Assembly: GCF_006345805.1 (NCBI RefSeq)
Contig: NC_043001.1
Span: 7,750,001 to 7,814,000, forward strand
DNA length: 64,000 nt
Reading direction: 5' to 3'
Origin: Octopus sinensis
Taxonomy: Eukaryota
Under the pieces are notes generated by a model. That model had not been told where the DNA came from, did no database searches, and was given only the letters and a program-made list of their open reading frames with translations. Both the position numbers and the translations under genes were made by a program. Positions 38,614 to 52,066 of this stretch are shown here, piece by piece (within the stretch, counting starts at the first letter, position 1; each line of letters begins with the position of its first letter).

Positions 38614-40455
38614 GTTTTATACCAACTCCCCCATGCAACTTCCTCCCACCCGGTGCAACCTGTCGGCTCCAGCACATCCCGCTTTCCTATATGTGCGTGT
38701 ATATGCGTATGTGTGTGTGTGTGTATATGTATGTGCACATATGTGTACGTGTATGTACATATATATATATATATATATGTGCGTGTGTGCGTGTGTGTGT
38801 GGGTGTGTGTATGTGCATATATGTTTCCCTGCATTTTCCTCCTATATATATACAAATTTTGTCTCCCATACATGACTTCTTTTCCCTAAATATTTCTTCT
38901 CCTACACCCATATCCTTCCTATATAGTCTCTTTACTTCCCTATATCTATACCCTTTCACATTTCTAACTCGGATGTTGATCGCACACCGCCAAACTCCAT
39001 TTCCCACCCTTCCAATTTTCAGTTCCCCCCGCCCGCCCCTACGTGGGCACTTTTAACACACACCTCTAACTTTCAATCACATCTCATGTTAAATTATATT
39101 TTTATCTTATTTTATTTTATTTTTACTTTTACTCTTATTCTACTTCCATTTATTCTCATTTTCATTTTCATCCCTTACCTTAACTCTTATAATTTTTATA
39201 ATTTTTATATTTCATTTCTAACTATTACATTGTATTTCTTATTTTATACTGTATTTCTTACTTTTATTTCTAATTTTTACCCTTACCCTCATTCTTACCC
39301 CTAACTTATCGCTTTACATCTCTATATATGTTTATTTACTTACCTATAGATCCACTTTTGACTATACGAGCGTCCGTGTACGTATGTATACGCATACATA
39401 CATAGACGCGCGCATATATGTACATGCATATTTTGATATCTTATAGCTATACCTATATGTCTCTGTGTGTGTGTGTAGGTGTATGTGTGCACGCACATAC
39501 ATACACACAGCCGTGTGTGCGTGCACGCATAGACGTGATTCCTTACATGCGCTCTTATATACATCCTTTAATATCTTATATCTAGACCTGGAAGCGTGGG
39601 CATATGCGTGTGTGTATGTAGGGATGGGCGCGCGCGTGTACATGTGAGTGTGTACACGTATAGTGTCCGTGTATACATGCGGATATTCTGTTGTATGTAT
39701 GTATGTGTACGCACGTGCGTGTGGTTGTGTGTGTGTTTATGTGCATGTTTACACGAGAGTGCGTGTGTATGCTTATAGGCTTGGAGGCGTATATGTACGC
39801 GTGTATATGGGTGTATGTATCCATGTTGGTATGTATGTACTAGAAGTCCAAATAATTCAAGGAACCAGATTAAACGCTCAACAGCTCTGATTTACAACTC
39901 ATTAGGTCCCCAGACGAAACTGTTGATTTACTGACAATTCTACAACTAAATTTTATCAATCTCCTGACCACCATGCTTGGTCCTTAACCTCTATACATCC
40001 CTTATCTTTATATTTTTTTATATTTTGTTACATTTTTATCATGTTTTTTTACTTTTATTTTTATTTCTATTTCTATTTTTACTTTATAACCTTATGCCTT
40101 TACATTTATTTATATTTCTTTATATTTCTTTATATTCTTTATACCCCCTTTACATCTCCTTATATCTCTTTATATCTTTATGCTCTACATTTCTATATTT
40201 TTCTATACTTACATTTTTTATACATTTTTTATACCTCGTCCTGAACTCTCGCCCCTCCATCTTCACGTATATACATGTATTTATTTATTTACATTACTTC
40301 AACATCCATTTTTCCTCATCCTACATTGAGAGAAGAAAGAGATGGACGCTTCAATTCTATGCTGCTGCCGCATTATGTCGTACGCGAATGGGAGGATTTG
40401 CATCCCTAACCAAGAATTTTTGATGTAACACATGTCCTTGTGGAAGCTGTTGTGC

Positions 40456-40533
40456 GCGGCTGAAGAAGGCCACAGACATACATTATGCATTGTTATAAAT
40501 CTGTCTAATAAAGGCCCGAAACATATGTACCGC
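40456..40533 (+). ncRNA. Type I hammerhead ribozyme with extended stem II
   Basis: GCGG-CTGAAGA-A-GGCC...GGCC-C-GAA-ACATATGT-A-CCGC. Canonical CUGANGA/GAAA core, stem I GCGG/CCGC, palindromic stem III ACATATGT and triad GUA. Confidence 0.8.
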
Positions 40534-41414
40534 TGAATCCTTCGCATCATGTTTTTATTTTGATCAATTTTCTCCACCACCTACACCACCAAACGGTATA
40601 CACAAGTGCTTATAATTATCAAGTACTCACCCCGAATTTCTATATATATATATATATATAGTCGGTGATCCAGCAAGGTCACAGTCAAATGACTGAAACA
40701 AGTAAATGAATTTACAGAATAAATACATACAAACGCACGCACACGCGCATATATATGCATTGAGGAAAATAAAAGACGGGTCATTCTTTTTTCAGTCAAT
40801 GCAATGCCTTAAGTGGAAATTCCGTGGAATCGCGTCGTATGTGTGTGGTGTGTGTGTGCATATGTGTATTTCAGTGTCGCCTTGTTTCGTAAATCCACCG
40901 CTTGTTAAATCTACCGGTTTTTTATGCTCCTGTAAATAGCGGTTGGATAGAAGAGAACTAAAAGACAATTGTGGGGTGATTTATGGCCGAAGTCGAATCA
41001 CTGCAACAAGTATAAACAAACGATTAAAGATTAGTATAGTACGCGAATGGAGAAATTAAATCTATTGAATGCGAAGGAAATTGGATATTTCTGGGAAGGC
41101 AACACGTTTGCATATAACATATTCGAAGACATAAATGAGTTGCCAACGGTGAACATTTGCAAATTGGAAGATAGGACAGCATTTTAACAACCTACACAAA
41201 AAAAAAGAAGAATGTGAAAATTTAAGAATAATCACATATGGTTCAGAGAAGAGGGGGACTACTAAAATATACCACAGTGATAAAATTGTAGCTAGAAATA
41301 ATTAATGATTCCATGCGATATGCAAATATTGAAACACACGGACATACAGATAGTTATGGTCATATATACGGTGATATGAAGATTACGAACAACACAGATA
41401 TGTAAGCATGTTTC

Positions 41415-41450
<36 letters not shown>

Positions 41451-41481
41451 CAGAGGGAGAAAGAGAGAGAGAAAGCGAGAG

Positions 41482-41513
<32 letters not shown>

Positions 41514-41906
41514 ACACATAAAATAACACAGAAGATTTGTTTTACAGAATTGAAGAGTATATTAGAGCAATGATAATAAAGATATAATAATAATAAAGAT
41601 AATTGAAGTAAGGATCGGTTTCACATTGCTCATCAGACTTGGAGACGAAGGAGATAAATTGCTACGGGAAAAATATTGCTAAGGGAGATAATCGTTAAGT
41701 TGTTTAGTTTGCAGTAAAGGGGAGGTAAATTCGTAATTTTTAAATATTCTCTTAAATCATATAAACAAATGTGTTTTTTTCATCTTTTCTATTTCTCTCT
41801 TTATATCCACCACCTATGTTTGCACACTAAAATATTTTCTACCTTATATTTATGTATATATATATATGTATGTATGTGTGTAGGTATGCATGTATATGCG
41901 TATGCA

Positions 41907-42995
41907 TCAGTTTGAGTAAAAAGTAAGCAACGTTTTCAATCATGAAATTTATCAGAATGCGGGAATTTTTTTCTTCTAAGTTCCATTAAAATCAATACAT
42001 TTTTGCCAACAACGTACAAGCTTGTTTATCCCGGTCACATAAAAAAATCTGGAGTTCTGGAGCTGATGAACTCTTTGAACGCACTTCCAGCATCAGTTTC
42101 ATTTTCGAACCCCTTCTCTCGCAGGAAACTATCAAGGTGCTTGAAAAAGTGGAAGTCGCTATGAGGAAGGTCTGGGGAATAAGCTGGGTGGGGAAGAACT
42201 TTGTAGTCAAGTTCCGTCATCTTCTGGAGCGTCATCATTGAAATGTGTGCTCAAGCATTGTCATGAAGAATGATTGGCCCTCTTCCGTTGATCTGTCTGG
42301 AACGCAGGTTTTCATTCCTTTGCAGTTTTTTCCTTCATTTTGACAATTTCAGGATTTCATTCTTTTGCAGTTATTCAATCATTTTGGCAATTTCATGGCA
42401 TTATGTTTCTACAGCAATGGTTTTCCAGGTTTTAAGAAGTTATAGTACTACACCACCAAAGAGTCACTATAACCTACTTTTTGAAGAGCTCAGGCTTAGG
42501 GAAGATTTTGGTGCTTCATGTTGGTTCAACCACTGCGAAGAACGTTTTTTTTTTCATTATTGTATAGAATCTATTTTTCATCGCAAGTTATAATATGGTC
42601 GAGAAATTATTCGATCTGGTTACGGAGAAAAGGCGACGGTCAAATCTCATATCTGCGCATTTTCATTCAAACTTTGTTGTACCTATTTGTCGAGCTGTTT
42701 TGATTTTCCGATCGGATGCAAATAGTTAGAGGCATATTTCTGGCTAACTTGAAGTTCTTTTTCCAATTATCAAGTGGATTTACGTCGATCTTTCTCAAAA
42801 ACTATCTTTAATTGATCGTCATGGAAGACAGATGAGCGTCCATTACGCTCAGAATCTTCACGGCTCAGGCTTCCACTGCGAAATCGTTTAAACCATTTTC
42901 GAGATGACCACTCACTGGTCATTTTCTCACCAAACAGTTCATTGATATCGCGAGCTGTCCAGCTGCTTTATGTCCCGTTTTCAAAGTTGAATAGT
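41907..42995 (-). pseudogene. mariner transposase fossil with 3' TIR
   Basis: Minus-strand fragments KWFKRFRSG, HIITCDEK*ILYNN, IILHDNA and HPAYSPDLPHSDFHFF (mariner DD34D region). TIR-like tcagtttgagtaaaaagtaagcaacgtttt at 41907-41936. Many stops and frameshifts. Confidence 0.9.
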
Positions 42996-43164
42996 AAAAC
43001 TGGTAAATATTACGTCTTGACACTTCAAATTCAGAAGATTGTAACAACGGTGAAAAAATATCAATAATTATTTATTGATGCATTTGGGCAATTCTATTCT
43101 CTGAATTATCAGAAAATTGCAAAAACATGTTTAAAAAAATTAAATACTGCAAATATTTGCGAGC

Positions 43165-43535
43165 GGATTTGGTAAAAGGAAACGGAATGAAGCCCGTCGT
43201 ATATATATATATATTTATTTATTTATTTATTTTTTTATCTAGTTTCAGCTCACGAGCTGTGGCCATATCTATATAGATAGATATCTATATAGATAGATAG
43301 ATAGATATATAGTGTGTGTGTGTATGTTTTTTTATGAGTTTTTGTGTTTATCCCCAGCCATTCCTTAACAACGGATGTTGGTGTGTTTACATCCCACAAA
43401 CCTAGCGGATCTGCAAAAGAGACCGATAGAACAAGTACTAGGCAAACATAGAATAACTCTTGAGTCGATTTGTTTGCCTACATGCGGTGCTCCTACATGG
43501 CCGTAGACAAAATGACTGAAACAATTAAAAGAATA
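43165..43535 (+). mobile_element. Degraded SINE family B
   Basis: ggatttggtaaa.ggaaacggaa.gaagcccgtcg, (TA)n, then the family-B 3' body and tail. Confidence 0.75.
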
Positions 43536-43541
43536 AAAGAA

Positions 43542-43613
<72 letters not shown>

Positions 43614-44877
43614 CATATATATATATATATATATGTATGTATGCATGTATGTATGTATATGTGTATGGCTTTTTGTAAAAGTTTGTATACGTTCATGTGC
43701 ATGGGTCTCTATATATATGCCTACCCGTTCACACCACCATATTCATATATTTAATAGATCGATATAAGTGTGTGGAGCAAGTCGCAAACATTATCATAAA
43801 ATATGTTCTTCATAAAAATGCATAAAATTTTCGTATGATTATGTGGTACTTTTTTACTTAGGCTTCGTGAGAACATACTTATACCATCCATATACTAATA
43901 TGTGATAAAACGTGTTGATAGCCATAGCTTAAAATTTCTGCAGAAAGATTTTTATTTAGTACTCCAATGCAGTTTTCTATGACAACTAAATATTGATTCT
44001 TGCCAAGGGAAAACATAGCTATAGAATATATGCATTTGCATCTGCAACGACACACTATTGGTTTCGAGAGGTGAATAGGATATGCAATGACAGCAAAAAA
44101 TAAAACCGTGCATCTTTCTCAAGTGATGCAATACATCAAACAACGCACTAGAGCGCCGATAATGTGCTAATTTCAATAACATACATGAACACCGAATAAG
44201 TTTCTTTCCATTACGTTTAAAACGACTGCATTTGCCCGCAACCCAAGGAGTCTGTAACGGTATCTTATTCACGTAAAGTTGAGCATATCTGCTATGTTTG
44301 CAGTTCTTTTTATAAATACTGATTACCCATTGCAGGATTCAGAATTCCATCTTCAATTGAAAATAAATTTTTATTCCTTAGAATATAGTATCTAGGGATC
44401 TTTACTTTAACACCTTACTGTCGTTGTATGAGTTATATTCTTGCAGTACATTTATTCTCGAATTTCCCATATTTATTCCAATTTTTTCATTATTATTCGA
44501 ACATTCTAATATCATATCATCGTAAATGTTTCCTCAAGTTAAAACGAAATCTTAAGTAAGATCATCTTCTAAGATACATTGACATAGGTATATTTCCTTT
44601 AAATTTTGAACGCTATGAAACTTCTTATGCTTTGTTACGTTTAAAAACAACATGGATGTGATGTTTGTTTCTTGATTTCTCACACATCATCAAATGATGC
44701 AACTAACCACACTCTCAGTGGTGTTAACTTAAGTCGTTCAGCGCTTTTGTTCGTTAAATTTTAGGGCATCTCCTACCATGTTGCCTTGCTAGGATTGATA
44801 AATCGTCCTTATAATTCAACACATTCACCGGCAAAATTTCCACATTTCTTTTTTATTTATTTTTATTTTTCTAAAAC

Positions 44878-44931
44878 TTTCGTTGCGTCTTGCGACCAAA
44901 ATTATTGAAAAGGTTGCAAGATGCAACGAAA
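44878..44931. repeat. 20-bp inverted repeat with 14-nt loop
   Basis: tttcgttgcgtcttgcgacc / ggttgcaagatgcaacgaaa. Both mismatches are G-T. Confidence 0.85.
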
Positions 44932-46472
44932 TTTTAAAAAAATAAAAAGAAAAAACAAAAGAGATTTTACCGGGGTGTATGTTAAATTATAAGGCACAAA
45001 AAGAGAATGACTCTCCTCAGACACAACAGAATATGCTTCAACACACGAACTCACATAAAGAATCTTGAAAACCAAATGCAAAAGCGAATGATGCTTTAAC
45101 TTCTCTATTGTAGTCGAGTGCATTCGGTGATCTTTTGCCTACACGTGAACCTAAAGAAATATGCTTATGAGTAACGCGAATCCTATTATTAACCCTATTT
45201 AAAATTTCGCTAGGCAGAAATATGTAACTTTCGTGTTATTAGCACTCCTGTTTGCAGTAGTATTGCGACTAGTTATTTAAAACTTATTTAGATTCATACT
45301 GCGCATCCATTTAACATTCTTTCATGGGACAGATTTTAGCTTTGATACGCATTATGAATGTATGTACATGGTTAGAAGATTTGTCTTCTTAAGAATTCTA
45401 CTCATATAACTTATTGAGTGGTTTGCATTTACAGCTGTGTAGAAACATTGTGGTATATCTGTGCTTGCATTGGAAGGTTTAATATTCTAAATGATTTAGG
45501 TAGATTCTTTGCAATTCTAGTTTATTTAAGCTGATCCTATTAAATGTTACTCTTAAGCATAACTAACTATATAATCCTCTGACGACTCTTATTTTCCCAA
45601 CGAATGCTGAAAACATAAATATCAATGTACTCTACTATTTGTATTTAATGTCATATCGACATGCTTTATTCACTTTGCGAGAAACATCGAAAAGTAACAA
45701 ATATATATTTCGGTTCCATAACTATCTTAATTCCGTGTTCAGCTTTACAGCTGTAACGCTTTCAGAAGCCTACAGTTTGCATAAACATATTACCTAAAAT
45801 CGGCCAACAATTCCTCGCTGTGGTGAAACCTCCTAAATTGCCGCAGAATGATATTTGCAATTTAATACGTATCGCGCTTGTTCTATTAGCAACGCTTAAC
45901 ACAATTTGTAATGTTTTTTTTTTCTTCGCCAGCGAATTCCTTATTTATGAATCTTGTAGGAATAGGGAAAAACACTATGCCTTAATTTATCTTTAGATAT
46001 ATGAAAATGTAGTGCGGTGTATTCAACGAAAATCAAATGAAATACAGATAATATTAATACTATATTAGGTTTTGCAAAAGTGGTTTAGCAATGAATAATT
46101 GCTATTTAATATTACTTGTTGCATATACACACGACGATCACACCATAAATTGGTTTAGCGAAAAGTAAATAATAAAATGATAGGAAGGCAAAGAAAGTTC
46201 TTTTGCACATCTTCAATGATTCGTTACAATTATTTCTGTAGCAACACCAATTGCAACGCCAGTTTGCGCAAAAAATTGGAAGTGAAAATTTACGTAATTT
46301 CTAAGGTTTTAGACAACAGGGAGGCATCTCATCAGGCTTGCATGGAAGATGTGCTGTTACATTGTACGTCTTCCGGATCTTGCTTTTTGGTTTATATCTA
46401 GAAGAAACATGAGAAATAAAAATAAATGCGTGGTTATAGGATGAGTAAGAAGGGTACAGTTTATGAGTGGTG

Positions 46473-46550
46473 GAATGATGATGATGATGATGATGATGAA
46501 GTTTATGATGATGATGATGATGATGATGAGGAAGAAGAAAAAAGATAATT

Positions 46551-46582
<32 letters not shown>

Positions 46583-46829
46583 GAAGAAAAATATGATTAT
46601 AATGATGATGAAGATAATGATGATGATGAAGAAGAAAAAGATGATTATGATGATGATGATGATGATGATGAAGTTTATGATGATGATGAAGAATAAGATG
46701 ATGGCGATTACGATGAAGAAGGGGAAAAAGATGACGATGATGATGATGATGATGATGATGAAGTTTAAGATCATGATGATGATGATGACGCTGATGATGA
46801 AGTTGATGATGATGATAATGATGAAGTTT

Positions 46830-46867
<38 letters not shown>

Positions 46868-46925
46868 GATGAAGAAGAAGAAGTTGATAAAGAAGATGAA
46901 GACTAGAATAACAATAAGAAGAAGA
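46473..46925. repeat. Compound (GAT/GAA) triplet repeat
   Basis: ~450 bp of gat/gaa triplets, which produce the poly-M, poly-D and poly-I ORFs. Confidence 0.95.
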
Positions 46926-47372
46926 TAAAGAACTTAGCTAAACAAGGTAGCATATCGGTGTATCTGGACGCATGTTTGAGGTCAGTCGGTAGAAACAATA
47001 CGATTGTTACCGAAATTCGTCTGATGGAGAAAATCTATTTGACCTCAAGTGAAAATGGCAAGTGAAAGTAAAATATGAAATAGATAACTCGACAATTGCC
47101 CACGAATCAAATAATAATATTTATGATGTTTGTGATGGAGGAGAAGTGTAGTCAGTGGTAGAATGACATAAACCGTCTCCCACCCAGCATACCTAATTTG
47201 TGACCTTAGACTGAGTAATGTAAAGGTAAAGAAATGCGAAAAGAAAAATTAAAGAAGGGGGAAATCTAATACGGGTGATTGCACCCTAAGGAGTTAAAAG
47301 AAAATTTAAGAATTTAGTGTTTAACTAAGGACATGTGAGGAGGGATCAAGTCTGTTTGACTGCAGTGTTTAC

Positions 47373-47567
47373 ACTTTTACTCTTTTACTTGTTTCAGTCA
47401 TTTGACTGTGGCCATGCTGGTGAACCCTCTTTAGTCCAGCATCTCGACCCTAGGACATATACTTTGTAACCCTAGAACTTATTGTTACGGAGACGTAAAC
47501 ACACCAGCATCGGTTGTCAAGCGATGTTGGGTGGAATAAACAGACACACAAACATATACACGCACAC

Positions 47568-47645
<78 letters not shown>

Positions 47646-47802
47646 GACAGGCTTCTTTCAGTTTCCGTCTATCAAATCCACTCACAAGATTTGGTCGGCC
47701 CGAGGCTAAGTTACGGAAACGTAAACACACCAGCATCGGTTGTCAAGCGATGTTGGAGGGGGGACAAACACAGACATGCAAACATAAACCACACGTACAT
47801 AC

Positions 47803-47873
<71 letters not shown>

Positions 47874-48026
47874 GGCAGGCTTCATTCACTTTCCGTCTAC
47901 CAAATCCACTCACAAGGCTTTGGTCGGCCCGCGGCTACAGTAGAAGACATTTGCCGAAGGTGCCACGTAGTAGGGCTGAACCCGGAACCACGTGGTTGGT
48001 AAGCAAGATACTTACCACACAGCCAC
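47373..48026 (-). mobile_element. SINE family B with internal tandem duplication (two (TA)n cores)
   Basis: The segment gttacgg..acgtaaacacaccagcatcggttgtcaagcgatg...(TA)n...ggtcggcccg.ggcta occurs twice. Confidence 0.88.
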
Positions 48027-49009
48027 TCGGAAATTTCAATGTTTCCTGACAACATTATTTATATTATTTACAAACATTATTATGCTTGTTGTTAAAACAA
48101 TATTTCGGCTGATATATCCTCCAGACTTCGTCAGGTGTCTTGGGGAAATTTCGAACCTGAGTTCTCATTATTAAGGTATTTTTGGCGTAGTCATTAAGAG
48201 CGCGGTCTACTAACCCCAAGAGCCCGAGTTCAATTCCAGGCATTAACCTGAATAATAATAATCATAATCATAATAATGATGATAATAATAGTAACAACAA
48301 CAACAACAACAACAACATCGAAACATACAATAGGAATGGGGCTACTAGGAGGCCAGAAATAGCGGATCATTAAACCGTAGAATATTTTCGACAGATTCTG
48401 ACACTTCCCGGCCTTCCGGCAGCAACTTGACTCTCTCCGGCCAGATATTAATCGCAGTGTCCAGCATCTTCAAACAGCTGTGTGAAATAAGACTAACGGC
48501 TAGTTAAAAGATGTGGGGATCAACCCAGATAAGCGGTCACAGTCTGAACGCCTGCAGTGGTCCCTCCTGCAGGCCACAGCCTTGAAGCCTCCATTTCTAC
48601 AGTTCATAATACGTTGTTCGCCCACAAATCATTGATCAGCAGTTATGATGTCAACATTTTGGCACCTGGTACGAAGCATCATCATACAGGTAAATCTTTT
48701 CCATTATACAGATGCCTGCCAGTCCTCTATTTCAGCTAACTTATTTCAAACTACAATTTAAATCTTTACACTCTACAACACCATTGACTGTTTGCTTGTA
48801 CATGTAGCTCTTACATGAAAACAAGAGGCAAAATACGCGTCAGATTCAGTCCAAACACACCCTAATCATATTCTCCGTAACAACTGAAAACCCAAAATCT
48901 ATGATAACATCACACTGGCATAAGATGGCGTGATACAACTCTGATATGAAGTTAATTTTCTTATACATAAAAATCAATAATATCCACACATAAAAATGCG
49001 AATGACACT

Positions 49010-49010
49010 C

Positions 49011-49046
<36 letters not shown>

Positions 49047-49192
49047 CTACTGCTACTACCACCACCACCAACACCATCACCGCCACCATTACCCCCCAAC
49101 ACCAACACCTCCCAACAACAGCTACTGCTACTACTACTACTACTACCACCACCACAACCACCACCATCACCACCACCACCACGACAAAAGCA

Positions 49193-49244
<52 letters not shown>

Positions 49245-49288
49245 GTAATAATAATAATAATAATGATAATAATAATAATAATAATAAT

Positions 49289-49358
<70 letters not shown>

Positions 49359-49375
49359 GTAATAATAATAATAAT
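49010..49375. repeat. Compound triplet repeat (CTA/CCA/ATA/ACA)
   Basis: Visible directly in the sequence. Confidence 0.95.
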
Positions 49376-49875
49376 TAACTACTTGACGATATAGAACTTC
49401 ATTTATGTTTAACCAATTACTTCTACTAGCCTTGTTCTCATCTCAACATTGAAATTTCTCATAGACTCCAAGTGTAACAAAAAATCGTTAATTATTTTGT
49501 GAGAAAATATATTTCAATTTGATTTTCGTTAAATATATAAGAATGGCATCCTTCTGAAAGCAATTTTCATATACAAAAGAATCTGGATCGTTTTCTAAAT
49601 CATTAATATAAAGGAATGAAACATTTTGACAATTCTCAAGATGAAAAAAATATACGATTTTATTTTTTCGTGATATGAAATTTAGAAAGGACAAATAACT
49701 TAGTCCAATTTAAAATAGCGGATGGCAATGACAGAAATTAGATGAAGTAGCCAATCATACATTCATACATACATACACACATATATACACGTAGACCTAT
49801 CTATTCTGTATAAGTATATATATATATACATACATATTTATGCATTTTTATATATATATATAGTGAGAGAGATAG

Positions 49876-49912
<37 letters not shown>

Positions 49913-49918
49913 TATACA

Positions 49919-49975
<57 letters not shown>

Positions 49976-51219
49976 TCAGATCTATCTATCTATCTTTATA
50001 TATATATATACATTGCTTATGCATTTATATACATATATGTGGAGCTGTGTGTGTGTGTTGAAGTAGTTCAGTTGATATGTATATGTATGTTCCTACACTA
50101 GTGCGCCTTTAAATTTGTATGAATGTAAGATTTGGCTTATACACTTTTGAATTTGTAGAGATATTTCGATAATGAATACTTGTAATAATGCGTTCCATCA
50201 AAGATTCATTAAAGAAAAATCTTCAGAACTTATTGAAAGGCTCTCTTATCTTTTGCTTTATCTCCTTTTGCGTAGATTTCGCAATGCATAGATTTCGCTT
50301 TCCAAATCTTCAAGATTTTATTTTACACTTTATTTTCTCTTTTGAATATAATTACTCCGTTCACGTCTCTATATTCTTGGAACGTTACTAGTCAGTATAA
50401 TAAACATAAAGAATGGACCTCTTATAATGAATATAACTACACTAGCAACCAGACTCCAATTGCCGGATAGAATGATGTTGCACCATGTAACAAGTTTTCC
50501 CTTTTTGATTTAGGCAACTTGGTTTGCGAGAATATGTGAATACCTGTAGAGCACCAAAGTTGTATTAAGCTGGAATGAGTGAGGGATTCGCCAGCACTAG
50601 GCTAGCATTCATGGCAGCTGACGGTGCTGGTGAAACGTGAAGTAATAGCTGCACAACGACACAACGCATTACCTGAGTCAGGAATTCAATCCACGATACT
50701 AAGATAATGAGCACAATAGCCGAGCTTGGAGGTCACACGCTTTTATGTATAGTACTCTAAGTTAAACAATGCATATCCAGCCATGTCAAACCCTTCTGCG
50801 ATCATAAATCACACACGCGTGCGAACCCGTATTCCTTACCTAGAATGTAAATATTGATTCCACGAGGAACTTAAATATAAATCCTTCATTCTTCCTTTTC
50901 ATTTAAAGTATAGCAGTCTGGACAAAATCATGTGATGCATAACCGCCAGTTGGAAGAGAGGAGGATTCATGAATATTCTCATACCTTCTACCCAAATTAC
51001 AACTTCTTTGCAACTGCACAAATTTTGATCATAACACTATTGGCTCATTATACCAATGGCCCATAAATCATCAACTACAACACCAAAAGCATCTTAGATT
51101 TTAGATTTTAAAGTGAAATCATATTTCCTAGTTCAAGAAAGAAATAGGTTTTGTTAGGTTTAGAAATGTGAAACTCTTAAACTTAAAGACGTGTTTAGAT
51201 TAATGTTTTCATTTGATTG

Positions 51220-51432
51220 GATATTCTTTTCCCCTCTAGGTAATGCCCGAAATTTAGAAAGAGGGGGCCAATCGATTCGATCGAGCCCAGTACGCGAATG
51301 ATACTTAATATATCGACCCCAAAAGGATGAAAAGCAAACTCGACTTCGGCGGAATTTGAACTCAGAATGCAAATTGAGACGAAATACCAAAAAGCATTTC
51401 GCCCGGCTTGCTAACGATGCTGCCAGCTCGCC
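51220..51432 (-). mobile_element. SINE family C
   Basis: Homologous to the reverse complement of 6617-6843. Confidence 0.82.
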
Positions 51433-51475
51433 TAGTAAAATGATTGGTTAATAAAATAATTAAAATGGGTGATAT

Positions 51476-51657
51476 TGTATAGTGAGCCTGTATACCCCTC
51501 CCGGTAAAAGGTTGTACGGTTCAGCCATTATAAATAGACCAGTGGCCGGTCCTCAAGAGGGAGATAAGATTTGAGAGTAGTAGTCGGTGTTTTGTAGAGT
51601 TATCAACGATAGTAAGACAAGTTAATATATTACTATTCCGTTACGAAAAGATACAAC
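51476..51657 (+). mobile_element. Possible solo LTR
   Basis: Begins TGTAT and ends ATACAAC, flanked by GATAT at 51471-51475 and 51658-51662. Internal TATAAAT. The final dinucleotide is not the canonical CA. Confidence 0.35.
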
Positions 51658-51909
51658 GATATCCGATGACTAGTAACTATTGTGGCTACTAGAGTAAAGC
51701 AGTAACTACAGTACATCGACAGTCACACATCACACCAGGGTGAAGAGACCACTTTGCAACACCCCACCATACATCATAAAATACTAAAAGTGAGTAGACA
51801 CAACATAAATCCAAAAATGAAACATTTAATTGTGGCTAAAAGTGACTGACGGTGCATGGTTAGAAATAAGAGTCAAAGAAATAAGAGTCACAGACATATC
51901 ACAAGTCTA

Positions 51910-52066
51910 CGTACTACGGGCTTCTTTCAGTTTCCGTCTACCAAATCCAGTCACAAGTTTTCAGTCGGCCCGCAGCAATAGAAGAAGTCACTTGTCCAAG
52001 GTGGTACGCACAGGGACTGAACGCTGAATCATCTGATTGGGAAGCAATCATCGTGCCACACAGCCC
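51910..52066 (-). mobile_element. SINE family B, 5' half
   Basis: cgggcttctttcagtttccgtctaccaaatcc...gggactgaac. Confidence 0.82.

Larger units (their letters stand above)
36175..40622 (+). mobile_element. Near full-length Penelope-like retroelement (Naiad-like motifs)
   Basis: RT plus C-terminal GIY-YIG, followed by a long low-complexity 3' region with a hammerhead at 40456-40533, ending at a (TA)n tract. The 3' limit is inferred. Confidence 0.8.

Noticed and set aside
38170-38720. Possible selenocysteine recoding, as reported for some Naiad PLEs
   Set aside because: The GIY-YIG cysteines are TGC/TGT, there is no in-frame TGA, and I saw no SECIS-like motif just after the stop
39880-39935. 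Hammerhead-like GTC-CCCA-GAC-GAAAC inside the PLE 3' region
   Set aside because: The upstream core reads CTCATTA (G5 and G8 lost) and no consistent stem I/III forms; at best a decayed relic
46301-46928. Poly-Met, poly-Asp and poly-Ile/His ORFs (similarly 33086-33319, 34220-34519, 48961-49394)
   Set aside because: They are triplet-repeat artefacts that are open in several frames at once
48340-48950. GC-richer stretch that might be a LINE fragment or exon
   Set aside because: No recognisable RT/EN motif and no supported splice pair with an open frame
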